DNA of 63,984 nucleotides, the filler included, from Blastocystis sp. subtype 4 (Eukaryota), in NCBI RefSeq assembly GCF_000743755.1. It is 5 parts of 5 records of this genome, joined end to end, with 100 filler letters (N's around TTAATTAATTAA, not from the genome) between each part and the next. Parts side by side here need not be neighbours in the genome. Positions count along the whole stretch, not along the records: positions 28,243 to 42,218 come from NW_014569276.1; positions 42,319 to 56,254 come from NW_014569275.1; 3 more parts are not named here. One strand, 5' to 3'. Below the pieces are notes generated by a model. It was given only the letters and a program-made list of their open reading frames with translations, searched no databases and was not told the origin of the DNA. Each line of letters opens with the position of its first letter. The first letter of the stretch is position 1. Shown here piece after piece: positions 38,524 through 50,600 of the stretch. A program made the translations under genes and the position numbers.

Positions 38524-39520
38524 ATGAGTGACCTAGTACCTGTGCAACCTACTCCTGCTAACCAGTCTGCTCCGGTTTATCAGACGCCAACTTACCAACA
38601 AGCAGCATCCCCATCTACCTCCGTTCCTCAGTCATCGTTGTCCTTTCAATCAACTCCTTCTTCTCAACCTGCTTTGGGTCCTCAACCATCAACTACCAAG
38701 CCAACATCTACGACTCAGCCAACACTGGCTCCTCAACCTTCTCCTGCTCTCCAGCAATCTACAACGTCGTATCAAGCTCCAGCAACTTATCAACAGTCTC
38801 ATTCTTATCAGCAACCTGCAGTGGTTAGTAATCAGCCTATTGCTGTAGCTATGCCTATGCAACAATACAATCCTAAGAAGAATGAAAGGTGTCTCCTATT
38901 GATTTGATTCATTGTAGTATGCCTGCTGGATTAGCTATGGTCTTTGAAGTTGCCGAGACCCTTAAAATAGTGTTTCTCTTCTATGCAGTAGTCTTGTGGA
39001 ATAGTGATGACTGTAGATTGTCGGCTTTTTTTCCGGTATTATTCCTGGAATAGTATTCGGTATTGGCTTTTTATCTTTGAATCATCTTGATTTATGTGGT
39101 CTGCACTTCGTAGTACTTCATATCCTTTAAGATCTAGGTGTATTCAATACTAATTGTCAATACGATATGCTCCATAATAAGCTTGGTTGTCTATCTCATA
39201 GCTCTCTTAATTGTTGTCCTAGTTATATCCGATATCAAGCATGCAGGAGACTTCTTGCAATTTGTCTACTCTTACGGAGTAGCTGGTCTCATTATCCTGA
39301 TCATTATTGTGATCATATTTGTAACAATTGATTGAGTGATTGATCATAGGGTTGGCCGTGTTTCGCATGTAAGCTTATCTCGAACAGTATCCGCAATTAT
39401 GGTTATATTCCAATGGACCAGATCGTGGATTATTACGAGCATTTCTCTGGAAGTTGTCGTATCAGATTCTCCGAAGCAAGAAATAAAGTTAACGAGGATA
39501 CGGTCGAAAGAAGCTTCTAA
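38524..39520 (+). CDS. Multi-pass membrane protein with a Q/P/S/T-rich N-terminus
   Basis: Low-complexity first exon, several hydrophobic exons, TAA at 39518-39520, TGTTTGTT at 39540. Confidence 0.65.
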
Positions 39521-39616
39521 AGGACCTTTCTTTGTTGGTTGTTTGTTATTCACTCGTTGCGCCTTACGCCCTACTTTTGGGCTTCACTCAATTCCTTTCT
39601 TTGCACTCAGTATAGA

Positions 39617-42001
39617 ATGGAGGATTCATCAAGTATTCAGCTCCAGTTCCGTTCTGGTGATGACTTGTTCAATAACTATAGTATTGGGATCATTCGTCAA
39701 GTTGTCGACAAATCCGAGTACGACATTCGAATTAGCAAGTGTAATTCGTATAGATCAACGATCCAACAAAAGAAAGAGGAAATGCGTCAGCTTGTTGGAA
39801 GCAAGTATTTGGAAATGCTGCATGTTTCAGATACAATGGCTGAAATGAATCAAGAGTTTTCATCTATTTATGGAGCCGTCCAGGATATTCTCACCGTAGG
39901 GTACATAAATAGCATTGAAACAAAGATGTGCACTTCCTTTGATAGTGATTTTGTCTATATGGAGGAACCAGATCCAGCTTCTGATTCATCTAGTCTTGTA
40001 ACTCCTGAGACTCTATGGAAGTTGTATGATCAAAGTGAAATGTTTATGCTTTGCAAGGCACTGAACCAATTTTCGACTCAACGTATTGTAGAGGTAGATT
40101 ACTGATTTCTAGCTCATACTGCCTTCGACTCTTTAAATAGTGAGCTATTGACAGAACTCCCACGTATTGCAGCAGAAAAATGTGTCACATTACTTCTTTC
40201 CAGTGATTCACTGGAAGAGCGAGAAATTCTCTCTCTCTTTGCAGCTTTTATCAGTTTTACTTCTCCATCCGATATTTCGTCATCCATCTCACAATTTTTG
40301 ACACTCTCGCATGATCACTTTGCATCCCTCCTAAAGAATGCTACACTTGATTCTATTATTGCGATCATCATGCAGTTGAATCGGATTCTTCAGTGCCTGC
40401 TTATTGTACTGACGTCTCCCTCAACCGATGTGTTTGATGGAATTCCTTCTTCACTCCCACCAGAGTGGAGAGAACAAGGAAAACACGTACTTTCCATCGA
40501 CCTGAAGACTTGGTTGGATTCTCAGTTCGCTTCATTAGAGGATCTGTCAGTGACGGTGGGTTCAGAAGTACATACAATCGCACAGTTGGCAGATATGAAG
40601 CGAATGACTGCTGGGAAGTATGGTGAGATTGGTACTGGTCAGAAATGGAGATGAGATTTAGAACAAACATGGAAGAAGGCTGTGGAGATGTTGATAGGAG
40701 GATCACATACAGATTCTCTGTCTCAACTCTTTGAACATCTGTTTCAAGAACCTTCTCGAGATTTGATCAAATCTTCCTTTGGAACACTTCAACAAACAGT
40801 AAGTGAATCATTGTCAAAGCTTTCTAATTATGAATTGAATCAACTTCATGACTATTTAATGGAGAATGTGATTAGTCCTTTACATCAGTTGTTTGTTGAT
40901 TTGGGTGATCTGGAATACAAAGAGAAGTGATTCTGATATCCTCTTATCATTTGTAGTGATGAATTACGAACTATTGTTCAGAACCAATCATATTCTTTCT
41001 TCTCTTCAATTCAGACAATTCAACATGAGAATGATATTTCTATCCTTGCTTATGGTTATGCTTTCTATCTTATTGAATCTTCTGCTAGAGAAGTGGCATC
41101 ATCATTCCAGTTCCCATTAGAAGATATCATAAATTCGATTCACGAACAATACACACAATGCATTCATCATTGGATTACCTCACTCTTGAAACCATCATCT
41201 CATCTTGATCCTTTCTTCCAGAATATACATTGGATGATGCGAGATCATGGTAATCTCTTCACTTGGTCTTCATATCTAGAATGGTATACTTCCATCAGTG
41301 GATGGAAGTCCTATTCTCTTGGGACTACAGAGGAAGAGGAGGTTTTAGTACCTGGAACTGGCTCTCTTGTATTGGTGGAGACATTATTGAGTTTATGTCG
41401 ATTGATTGATCGGATCACTTCGATCACTACAGATGTAGAAATTGGGAGTGTTTTTGTCATGGATAGAATTCATTTGTTTCTCAGTCTAAGAGTATTGCTA
41501 TTGCTACTATATATCATGAAATCATTCAATATTATGAGAAAACAACTCACAATGTTCTTGAATCTAATTCCACTATTGCATCTCCTGGTCTTCTTCTTGT
41601 TCCTCTATTTTTCTCTTCTTACCAATAGATGATATTCGATATTCACTTTTTACAGGCTCTAATTGTCTATGTGAAAGATACTGTAGGATCGGAGGAGGAC
41701 GCCTCGCTCTTGAAGGAAGTTGAATCCAAACTATTAGAGACAGTTGACCCTGTGGATTGGACACTCGCTGAATCTTATATGAAGAGTTCGATGGAAGAAT
41801 TCATTTCAAGTATGGCTCTGTTGCTGAGTCCACTTTTATCGAGCAGTTATCAGTTGGGGAAGAGTGCATCCATGAAGGCATTGTCAAAGAACGCCAATGT
41901 CCTTTTCACACCTGTGGAGAAGATTGCTTCATATCCTATTGCTTCTCAGTCGATGCAGCTACTTCTTCAATCCCAACTGAAGAGTGTAGAAATGGGTATT
42001 T
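39617..42001 (+). CDS. COG1: COG1-like (Vps51/Vps67 N-terminal domain) Golgi tethering subunit
   Basis: QQKKEEMRQLVGSKYLEMLHVSDTMAEM; late FDIHFL and VDPVDW motifs; stop predicted as T42001+AA from TGTTTGTT at 42006. Confidence 0.7.
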
Positions 42002-42097
42002 TCCTTGTTTGTTCATATTCCAGAAATACAAGGCATTTTCTATTCGTTCTATTTGGTTAAGGTTTTCTCGTCCTAGAAGGGTTTCTTGAACGCAAGA

Positions 42098-42218
42098 ATG
42101 AGTTATATGATGGTAAATATGAGTACTGTTCTTGCTGATTCTATAGCAACCTCAAATCATCCTTCTGAAGGATGGAACCGATACAAGTCAAGGACGAGGC
42201 CAATTGATTAGCAATATC
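42098..42218 (+). CDS. CCT7: Chaperonin CCT7 (TCP-1 eta), 5' end
   Basis: MSYMM|QPQIILLKDGTDTSQGRGQLISNI with intron 42113-42146; absent from the ORF track. Confidence 0.88.
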
Positions 42219-42318
42219 NNNNNNNNNNNNNNNNNNNNNNNNNNNNNNNNNNNNNNNNNNNNTTAATTAATTAANNNNNNNNNNNNNNNNNNNNNNNNNN
42301 NNNNNNNNNNNNNNNNNN
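42219..42318. other. Artificial contig-joining linker
   Basis: N/TTAATTAATTAA/N, 100 nt. Confidence 0.97.
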
Positions 42319-43149
42319 CAGAATTACCCATTGACGACGAACTGGAGACCAGGTAATCGCCTCATGAATCATATACCCAGGATATGGACATCCAACAGCT
42401 TCACGGAGCTTGTTAAATCGATCTGTCCAATCCTCATGTGTCACCACACCTCTATCATTGATAATCGAAATCCACATATTGTTAGTGTTTTTGATCGAAC
42501 CATCCGGATTGGTATACTCTTTGCCAAAACTACCCACATACATCTTTCCATCTTTCACTGTAGCCCACTCTGTCTTCTGGCCTTTGTCAGTGTTTCCATC
42601 ACCCTCCATCATAATATAGCGTGGAATTGCCTTCTTGCCGACAATTTCAAAGGCTAGACCCGTACGGTCATCGAAGGTATAGAAACGCCGGTTGAACTCC
42701 ACCAAAGCACTCAATTCCATTCCTCGACCTGCTTCACTGATCTTGGTAAACAACTCAGTATCGGAAATCCACTGAATACTGTACATTCCGTTGTCCATTC
42801 TCTTTAACAATCCCTTCTTCATAACACTTTTCCATAGACCTTTCTTGTCAGACTCAACCCTACTTTTCTTGTCCAAATCGGATACAATAAACAATGTATA
42901 GATCCCGTCTTTGTATGAGGAGGAGCGGAGATTTGAAAGTGATGAAACGAAGCGGAATTTCGCGACGAACACAATTACAACAACAACAATTGCTAACACA
43001 GCTAGATAGAGATAGAAACTAGGACGATTTCTCTTAAACGACTTCTTTCGATTTCCATCCAAGAGAGTGTTCGTATCGGAATATAATTCTTCCTGCTTTG
43101 AATACTCCACATCCAAGTCACCCTCAAAATAGCGAGGACCTTTCAACAT
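42319..43149 (-). CDS. Ca2+-activated apyrase (CANT1-like), 3' truncated
   Basis: TM anchor; SDLDKKS, GRGMELS, FDDRTG, KTEWATVKDG, VGSFGKE, PGYMIHEA. Confidence 0.9.
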
Positions 43150-43447
43150 GAGGATGAGTATGGCATCCCATTCTGTTTTATTTGTGTTCTAATGGATCTA
43201 TCTACTTGAGTCCAATTCTTTGAACCATAAATAAGTGCCAAACACTCTTATCGGAAAGAAATGTTGTTACTCCTTCTATGACATCTCTTCATCGTTTCTA
43301 ATTGAATGAGTACAAAAGGATTGAAATTGAATCTTCGGAGTAAGCCTGATTCCCAGAAATTTCCCGGAAAAGAATGTCTTTCGTTTATCTCATTTCTCCT
43401 GAATAGCGGTTGGTCGTTGTTTGAAGATCAAATTCTGAGCAGTGGTT

Positions 43448-44187
43448 ATGTGCCCTGGAGATTTATGCATTACTGTCGTTATTGTTGGTGCCAGGAATTT
43501 GAAGAATATAAGTACACTGGGAAAGCTCGACCCTTATGTACGTATCATATATGGGAAGGACGAATACAAAACATCTGTTATCAAGGACGGAGGCTGCTCT
43601 CCAAGCAAGTTCCTTTCTGCTGACAGTAATTCATAGTTTGGAATTACGAAATGTGTTTCACCGGATCGGTCCCTGTTTTGAAAGTGGAAGTGTACGAATC
43701 GGAGCTATTGATGATCTGTAGTTACGATGCCCAACTATTTAAGGATAAACTAATCGGGTCCGCAGAAATTTCCATTCGCTCACTCCCTGTGGGAGTTCAG
43801 AGTATGGAACACTATTGAAGCTTGAACCTAGATCTTGCCTTTAACCTTCATTGTCCAAAGTATGCAGGCGAGTGTACTGGGGTCCTTCTAACCAAAATTT
43901 CGGTTCTATCATCTTCAAGAGGTGTATATCACTCCCCTCTACAACGTCGCATTTCGAATCCACAGTATCCACCTGATCCTGTTCTTTATCCATGCTTAAC
44001 ACATGCCTGTTACTGCCATTACAATTCCTATCCACCTGTTGCCTGCGGATCAAAATCAGCACTACCGTCGATTTATCCAACGATCCCAATTCACTCACAG
44101 ACTGTTTGTCGTCCTGGTGGATCTACCAAACCAAATTTAAAGCGCTCCATCCAACCAGGAATCTTTCCAGCGATACCTAGCTTCTAA
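43448..44187 (+). CDS. C2-domain protein with a Pro-rich tail
   Basis: TVVIVGARNLKNISTLGKLDPYV...KTSVIKDGGCSP, DKLIGSAEI; TGTTTGTT at 44218. Confidence 0.75.
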
Positions 44188-44256
44188 AGTAATTGCAACT
44201 GTACTATAGACAGGTGTTGTTTGTTGTCATTCATTTCTCTGCAGAGTTATCGAGAA

Positions 44257-45700
44257 ATGCTTCGGGCATTCCAACCTTTTCTCAAAAGATGCCAGCCCTT
44301 GTTTCCAGTGCCTTTGAGGAGGATGTGTGATTGTAGAATCCAAGACGTCAATTTTTCCATTTTGGAAAGAAGACAAATGGAAAGGCGACATCTTCTGAGT
44401 CTAAACTCGTTGTTGATGATGTACTGTTCTTGATCTAGATTGAGCAATAGTCCCGATCTTATGTTAGAATTTCTCTGGACGAAGAATCTAATGCACTCAG
44501 CACTGAAATCAAAGAGGGTGTGGCGAATGGAGGACAGGAATCTGTAAACCCAATCGTTACTGACTATTCTCGGGCCGTTGAACTATTGGGCTATTGTAAG
44601 TTATAGAAGGAGTGTTTTGAAGTGGGAACTGCTTTATGTTTGCTTTGTGCTGGAGTTGGGTATCTGGGACACAGATATTTCAAACAGAATGATGCCGAGA
44701 CTTACTTAACCCATCGTCATCATCCTCGTACCGGTTCCCTTTTGACTCGATTGTATGTTATTGACCCAAATATTGAGTCCAAATATAAGAAATATGATTA
44801 TATGCTGTATGCAGCTCGATTTGCGGCTGCAGTTCTTTCAAACAAGTCCTACCATCTAGAGCAAATGAGTGATTTTCTATCTCTCCTCAACGATGTCATT
44901 CTTGTTGCAGTTCTTCACTTCTAGTGGATTGACTGTAGTGGTTTGAAAGTGAACCCTGAGGACCCTATTACTCACTCTTCCATCATGGATGTCCTCATCC
45001 AAATCAAATCTCTTCCTGATTATTACGGAATCTACATCTTCGTAGGAAATGAAGTGTCAATTAATGTTAGGGTGAACGAGAATTGAATATATCTCCCATC
45101 ACTGCATCGATTCAAGCTGAAATTAACGCTTTTTATGACTTTGCCAAGGAAGATGAAGAGGGAAAACGAGGTGTTCATAAATTGTATGTCCTGTCGATTC
45201 TACGGAATATCGAACGTCACACAGGGACCAAACTCCATGTATATGTTGCCAAGAAAAGACCCTTCTTCCACTTCAATCAGGATGTTTCGGATGAAGAGCT
45301 TCTCGTTCAGAAAGTGGATTCTATGGACTCCACCTATCTGTCACTCATTCAACTCACCAATATTCTTGCTTGTGCCAATCGACAGATTACTTCGGATACT
45401 CTAGTTGGTTTGAGAAAGTGACCTCATTTGTAGCTGATCTACAGACTCCGACTGGCATCGAAAAAAGTGGCGGACGATCGGGCCTATCAAGCCTCGTTGA
45501 TGAAGTCAAATTCGGAAGGAACTGTGAAACCCTTGTTGAGTCTCCCTCTTTTATCCATCAAAGGGGAAGCACAGAGTCAACCAAAGAGTGCTGAAGAGGC
45601 ATTAGAAGAGGAGATTGTAAAAGCTGCTCCAGTTGTCGATATTAAGCAGTCAGTTCATGTAGTTGAGAAACAAGAAAAGGATACGGATAAGTGGTGGTGA
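44257..45700 (+). CDS. Hypothetical protein, possibly organelle-targeted with one TM
   Basis: MLRAFQPFLKR presequence-like start, hydrophobic GTALCLLCAGVGYLG, several GT-AG exons, ends DKWW*. Confidence 0.5.
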
Positions 45701-45751
45701 TGGTCTTGTTTCCTCACAAACATAAGAGTAATCATCCTGAACAACGTGCAT

Positions 45752-46221
45752 TTATTCCTCCTTAGCAAGACTGAAGTAAGTAAGCTTGTAGCCGTTCTTT
45801 CCACTAGCAATCACACGGAGGTAATCACGAATCTGCTGCTTCTTGAGGTACTTCTTGGTGAGGTACTACAAATCAATTCCAATCATCTTTTCCAACCTTC
45901 AGGTATCTCTTGGAGAAAGCAATAGTAGCGACAACGGAGAGCTTGTCATCACCAGTAGAAACGGTAACAGCGCTTCCCATATTGTTCAGCTTGTTGTCAA
46001 CCTTGATATGCTCCTTCAAATAGTTCTCCTAGACAATAAACGGTTCCACACACGACTCACGAAAGAGGTCATATCCATAACCTTGTCCTTGACGGGAACG
46101 GAACAATCAATGGTGAATTCGACTTTCTTAGCAACCTACAAACGCATTAGATACAAAAAACGAGTTCAGGGTCGAAACAGACAGAAGAACACAAGGACAA
46201 TCGTTGACATACAGTGGACAT
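45752..46221 (-). CDS. RPL22: 60S ribosomal protein L22/eL22
   Basis: [18 protein letters not shown]...HIKVDNKL...[27 protein letters not shown]. Confidence 0.93.
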
Positions 46222-46412
46222 GCTTTCGTGGAAAGAGGATGATGTTTCTGGCCTTTCTCTCCAATGGTGGTTAGAGACGGAACCCACGGGAATTGAATCA
46301 TTCTGGCCAAAAGAGAGAATCTATCGTGATTGTTCATCCTGTATGGTCGTGGATATTGGATATGATCTGTAGACTCCCAAACCCAGGATCTGTTGAATCA
46401 AAAGGAATTTAC

Positions 46413-47092
46413 ATGCAATCAATATGTAGTTTATGTTTCTCTCTTGTTATTTCTAAGTCCGTCGCAGCTTTTCTGTTGTAGCTGATCTTGCAAAAAGAGG
46501 GATTCAGCTTCCAACTGTCAGTAGACCGGTTGGAAATTATCTCAGTATATTGCGAAGTGGAAATATGCTCTATTTGTGAATGTTATTGGAAGAATGAGTA
46601 ATGTATAGCAGGTGCGTTGCCAATCAAAGAGGATGGATCTATGTACAAGGGTAAAGTAATAGATGTCAATTTTGAGAGATAAAGTATAGATCGGAGATGG
46701 AATGGACGAGAAGACTGGATACGCTGCTGCTCGTCGTGCTGCAATGGTTTTAACAGCAAATATTCTTTGTGTTTGGTAACTTTTTGTCATTATCTCTAGC
46801 TGAAGTATCTGATCTATCCAAAATCAGAATACTCAAAGTAGGAACTCTTTTCAATGATCCCTTCTAGATTACTGGATTTGTAAACTGTACTCCTGACTTT
46901 GAACGTATTCCTGCTGTGGTGAATGGTGCTTCGGATCTGTTTGTAGAGGTCTTTAAAGAGAATGGCAAGCATATATCCTGTTGTCATATTGGAATAGTAC
47001 TCCTTAATGGGAGGCCCGTTCTGCTGTTGGTGTTGCATCACTTCCTTTGGGTGTTCCAGTTGAAGTTGAAGCTGTTGTCGAAATTCTTCATT
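46413..47092 (+). CDS. Rid/YjgF family (Rid1-like) imine deaminase with a probable mitochondrial presequence
   Basis: Spliced MQSIFRRSFS...PVGNY...RSGNMLYLSGALP...GYAAAR...ITGFVN...VNGASDLFVEVF..GKH|ARSAVGVASLPLGVPVEVE; stop predicted as T47092+AA. Confidence 0.88.
46973..47013 (+). other. U12-type AT-AG intron, 41 nt
   Basis: 5' ATATCCTG, branch TCCTTAAT, 3' GAG; removal restores the conserved GKH|ARSAVG. Confidence 0.85.
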
Positions 47093-47096
47093 TCTT

Positions 47097-47113
47097 TCTT
47101 TGTTAAACAAACA
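47097..47113. terminator. Back-to-back poly(A) elements TCTTTGTT-A-AACAAACA
   Basis: Each lies 4 nt from an in-frame T (47092 on +, 47118 on -). Confidence 0.78.
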
Positions 47114-47117
47114 TTGA

Positions 47118-47555
47118 AGGTGGCATCATTCTTCTTCCTTTTCTTCCGTTTCTCTTCTTCCAAAATGGATACAATCTCATCTAATTTGGACACAATATTC
47201 GGCTGCCGCCTTGCCACTAAACGCACATCCTGTGGCGTCACTGTTGTTCTTTTTGCATGAGCAGAAAATGCCTCTAAATCCTTCGCAAAGAGTTCTATGA
47301 ATCATGAAGCAATAACAGACGGATACCAGCATATTTCATAACCACTTCACACATACAAGCAACACCCTATTCTATTACTCTCATTCCAGTTCTATGACAT
47401 CATTGGTGACTTCAAAGTATGTATCTTTGCCTATTTCGTTAGCTACCGCCAAATCTACAACCTTCTTGCGAACATATCTGTGCAACTGTATAATAAAATG
47501 ATTGCTTGGTTGTCTAAATCATGAATCCACAAATCCAGAATCTCACAACATCCAT
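47118..47555 (-). CDS. CENPS: CENP-S/MHF1 histone-fold protein
   Basis: KQSFYYTVAQIC...ELFAKDLEAFSAHAKRTTVTPQDVRLVARRQP; stop predicted from poly(A). Confidence 0.85.
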
Positions 47556-47606
47556 TTTTAGGTTTTCCAAGTTGCCGCCAATTCTGGACATCTAGTATCT
47601 TTTTTA

Positions 47607-50600
47607 ATGCCTCCTAGTAAGCGTTTTTGCAGTACTAGTTCCAAGGTTTGGGCTCTGTTTATGTACTCAAAGGCTAGATTCATAAGGCAACCATTCAGGT
47701 GGATTGTAAAGACTATGTCAAGGTGTTTAAGATTCCGATTTCTCTTGAAATGACAGGGGTTGGTATTTTTGTTGTTGCATTGAGTACTCTAGAAATTGAC
47801 ACTCTTATCTAGTTTGCAACCACCTAAGATCGAAGTACAGATCACTCCAAAGACGACTTATCAACTCTTACCTACCGTCGAGGAATGTGTACTTAATGAT
47901 CACTTGATGGATTTGATAACTTGTATTATCAGGTACGATTCATTGGATTCGTGTTTCATAGATCCTATTTGTACATTGGGTATTTCTCCAACGATCATTC
48001 GTTATGGGTTTGCATGACTCCTGACTCCGTTCCAGGAGGTCGAAAACGAACCACCTCCGATTTCATTGATCAATTCGATTCTTTACTTCATATTCTCGTT
48101 CCTGAACTTCAGACTGAAGATAAAGCCGATATCAAGAACGAACTGGACGAAGACGAGACTTTTGGTAGTGACATTTCCTTTCTCTATAGCTGTCTCTCCA
48201 CTCATCCCTTGAATGCATCAGTCAATTTCCCATCTATTGTTGCATCTAGCCCTTATCCTCATCAACAACAAGCCATCACATGGATGTGTTCACGCGAAGG
48301 AGTGGCTGTGTGTGCTGAAGAGGAATCACGTTATGCTCAGCTCCATCAATCTTTGCATCCTCTGTTCTGCGTCTGGCCCTGTCAACCTAATACTTACTTC
48401 TCTTTTTCAACTCATCTTATCTCCAAGGAGTATCCTCATAACGAATCCACTCGTCGTGGTGGAGTGTTGTGTGATACGATGGGACTGGGTAAGACTTATG
48501 AAGTATTGATGTTGACTCTACTTCATCCTCGTCCACTAGAAGAATATAATCAGGAGAAAGCTTTGTTAAAGTGGGAATCTACAATCAGTCAGAAGCAATC
48601 GGAGTTGGGAATCAATGAGATGCATCGACGATTACGTAAACTTCTTCGTCAGTACGAGAAGAACCAATCGGGACCAGATCAGGAATGGGAAGATCAGACT
48701 GCCATCAGCGGACAAAGAGAGACTGAGATTACAAGTCAGCTTTCGAAACAGGATTGCATTCATGAATCTTTTCTAACGAGGGTTCCTTCAATCATCAGTC
48801 GTGATGAAGGTGATGATGGATGAATGCAATCATATCTAGTCTTCTGCTTGTGTGGTGACTTCTCCTTACTCTCTAAACGAGGTCGACTAATTCAATGTTC
48901 AAGTTGTAAGAAGTATCAGCATTATGGATGTGTATTGTAGGCTTGATTTTTGGAATCCAATTATAGTGGTAATTCTGTAATGCCAACTCCTCCTGAAGAC
49001 TATATGTGTTATGATTGTGAGAAAGTGCTGTTTACATCTCTTCCTCGTATTCCTTGTAAAACAACTCTCATATTCACTCCAGCTCATATCTGCATTCAAT
49101 GGATAGATGAACTTCGTAAACACATCATGTCCACTGATCATGATGTTCACTCCATAAATAATGTGTTTTGTGAAGGGTCTGTTCATGGTATCCGATATCT
49201 CTTGTATCCTGGATTGAATGTGATTCTTTCTCATCTGAAGCATGGTTCTGGTACAAACATAACTCTTCTTCTATTGTAGTGAATAGTCGATTACCTCTCT
49301 TATTACATCCAGAATTCATCGCTCAGTTCGATATCGTCTTTGTTCAATATGAGACGTTTCACCGCGATTATCTTGCATTTGTATCAAAGAAGCCAACATT
49401 ACGCCATGCTTCACGATATCCAGGATACACTTCTCCTCTCTTCCGATTACAGTTCTGGCGTGTTGTGTTGGATGAGATGCATCTTGTTGAAATGAATGAA
49501 CAGGAACTTCTGCGCTGTGATTCTCTTGAACGTGTTAATTTATGGTGTGTTTCTGGAACTCCATTTAATCGAGATATTTCGGAACTCTATGCTGTAATGT
49601 TGCTATTGCAAATTCCATTCTATGCATGGAAATGGATTTGGAATCGAACTATAACTGTGGAAATGATTCGAAAGTTTCATTCCTAGGTTCCATTGACAAA
49701 GAATTCTCCACAAGCTCGATCACGTATTCATTCCATAATTTCGGAGTATTTTTGGTGTACCACTTTTTCGGATTTAAATCGTCTTTCGCCTAATTTGATT
49801 CCACCTCAGCATCGAAAGATTCATCATATACTTCTCTCTGGTGTTGAAGTGATAGTATTGAGATGATCTATGACTGGTAGAACACTCATTATCGAAAAGT
49901 GCGATCTTCGTGTCTTCGTTTGATAAATCCGTTTTTAGCCAAACGAAATAATCAGTATGGAGATCGTTTTATGAATTCACCACTTTCCAGAGATGATCTA
50001 TTTTTTGTCTTACGAACTCTCAAACCACTTCGTCAAGCGTGTTGCCATTTTCAGATAGGCAATCATTGGATGAGTCCACAGCAGCATGTTATGAGTCTTA
50101 CAGAGATTCAATCCAATCTCGAAGAAACAATTCAGATGGATTGCGAAGGAGCATGGCGTGATTTGATTGCAACTCGCAATGCTATTTGTGGTTTGCTAAT
50201 TCTTCAAGGTAACCGAAGGCAAGCAATTGAGAATTACAAACAAACATTGGAATATTGTAAGGAACAGAAAGAGAAGAATCACATTGACACAGATCACTTA
50301 CAGATCATTCACTGTTTGCACAATCTAATTGAAATGAATCAAATTGAGTTAGTTCTATCTTCGAGTGAAATGGAACAAGCACAAATGGATGAACAAACTG
50401 AAAAAGCCAAATATGTGAGTCGAGCTAATGATGCTTTAATGAAAACAGTACGAGAGAAGGAGATAGGAGTCGACTGGATCAGTCAATTTATTTCATTCTT
50501 CCAAATTGTGAACCATTGTTGTCATTCTCTCGCTCCTTCAACAGGACTATGGGATGACCAATACTCTCTTGAATCCACAGTAAAGGAGATGAAATTGGGT

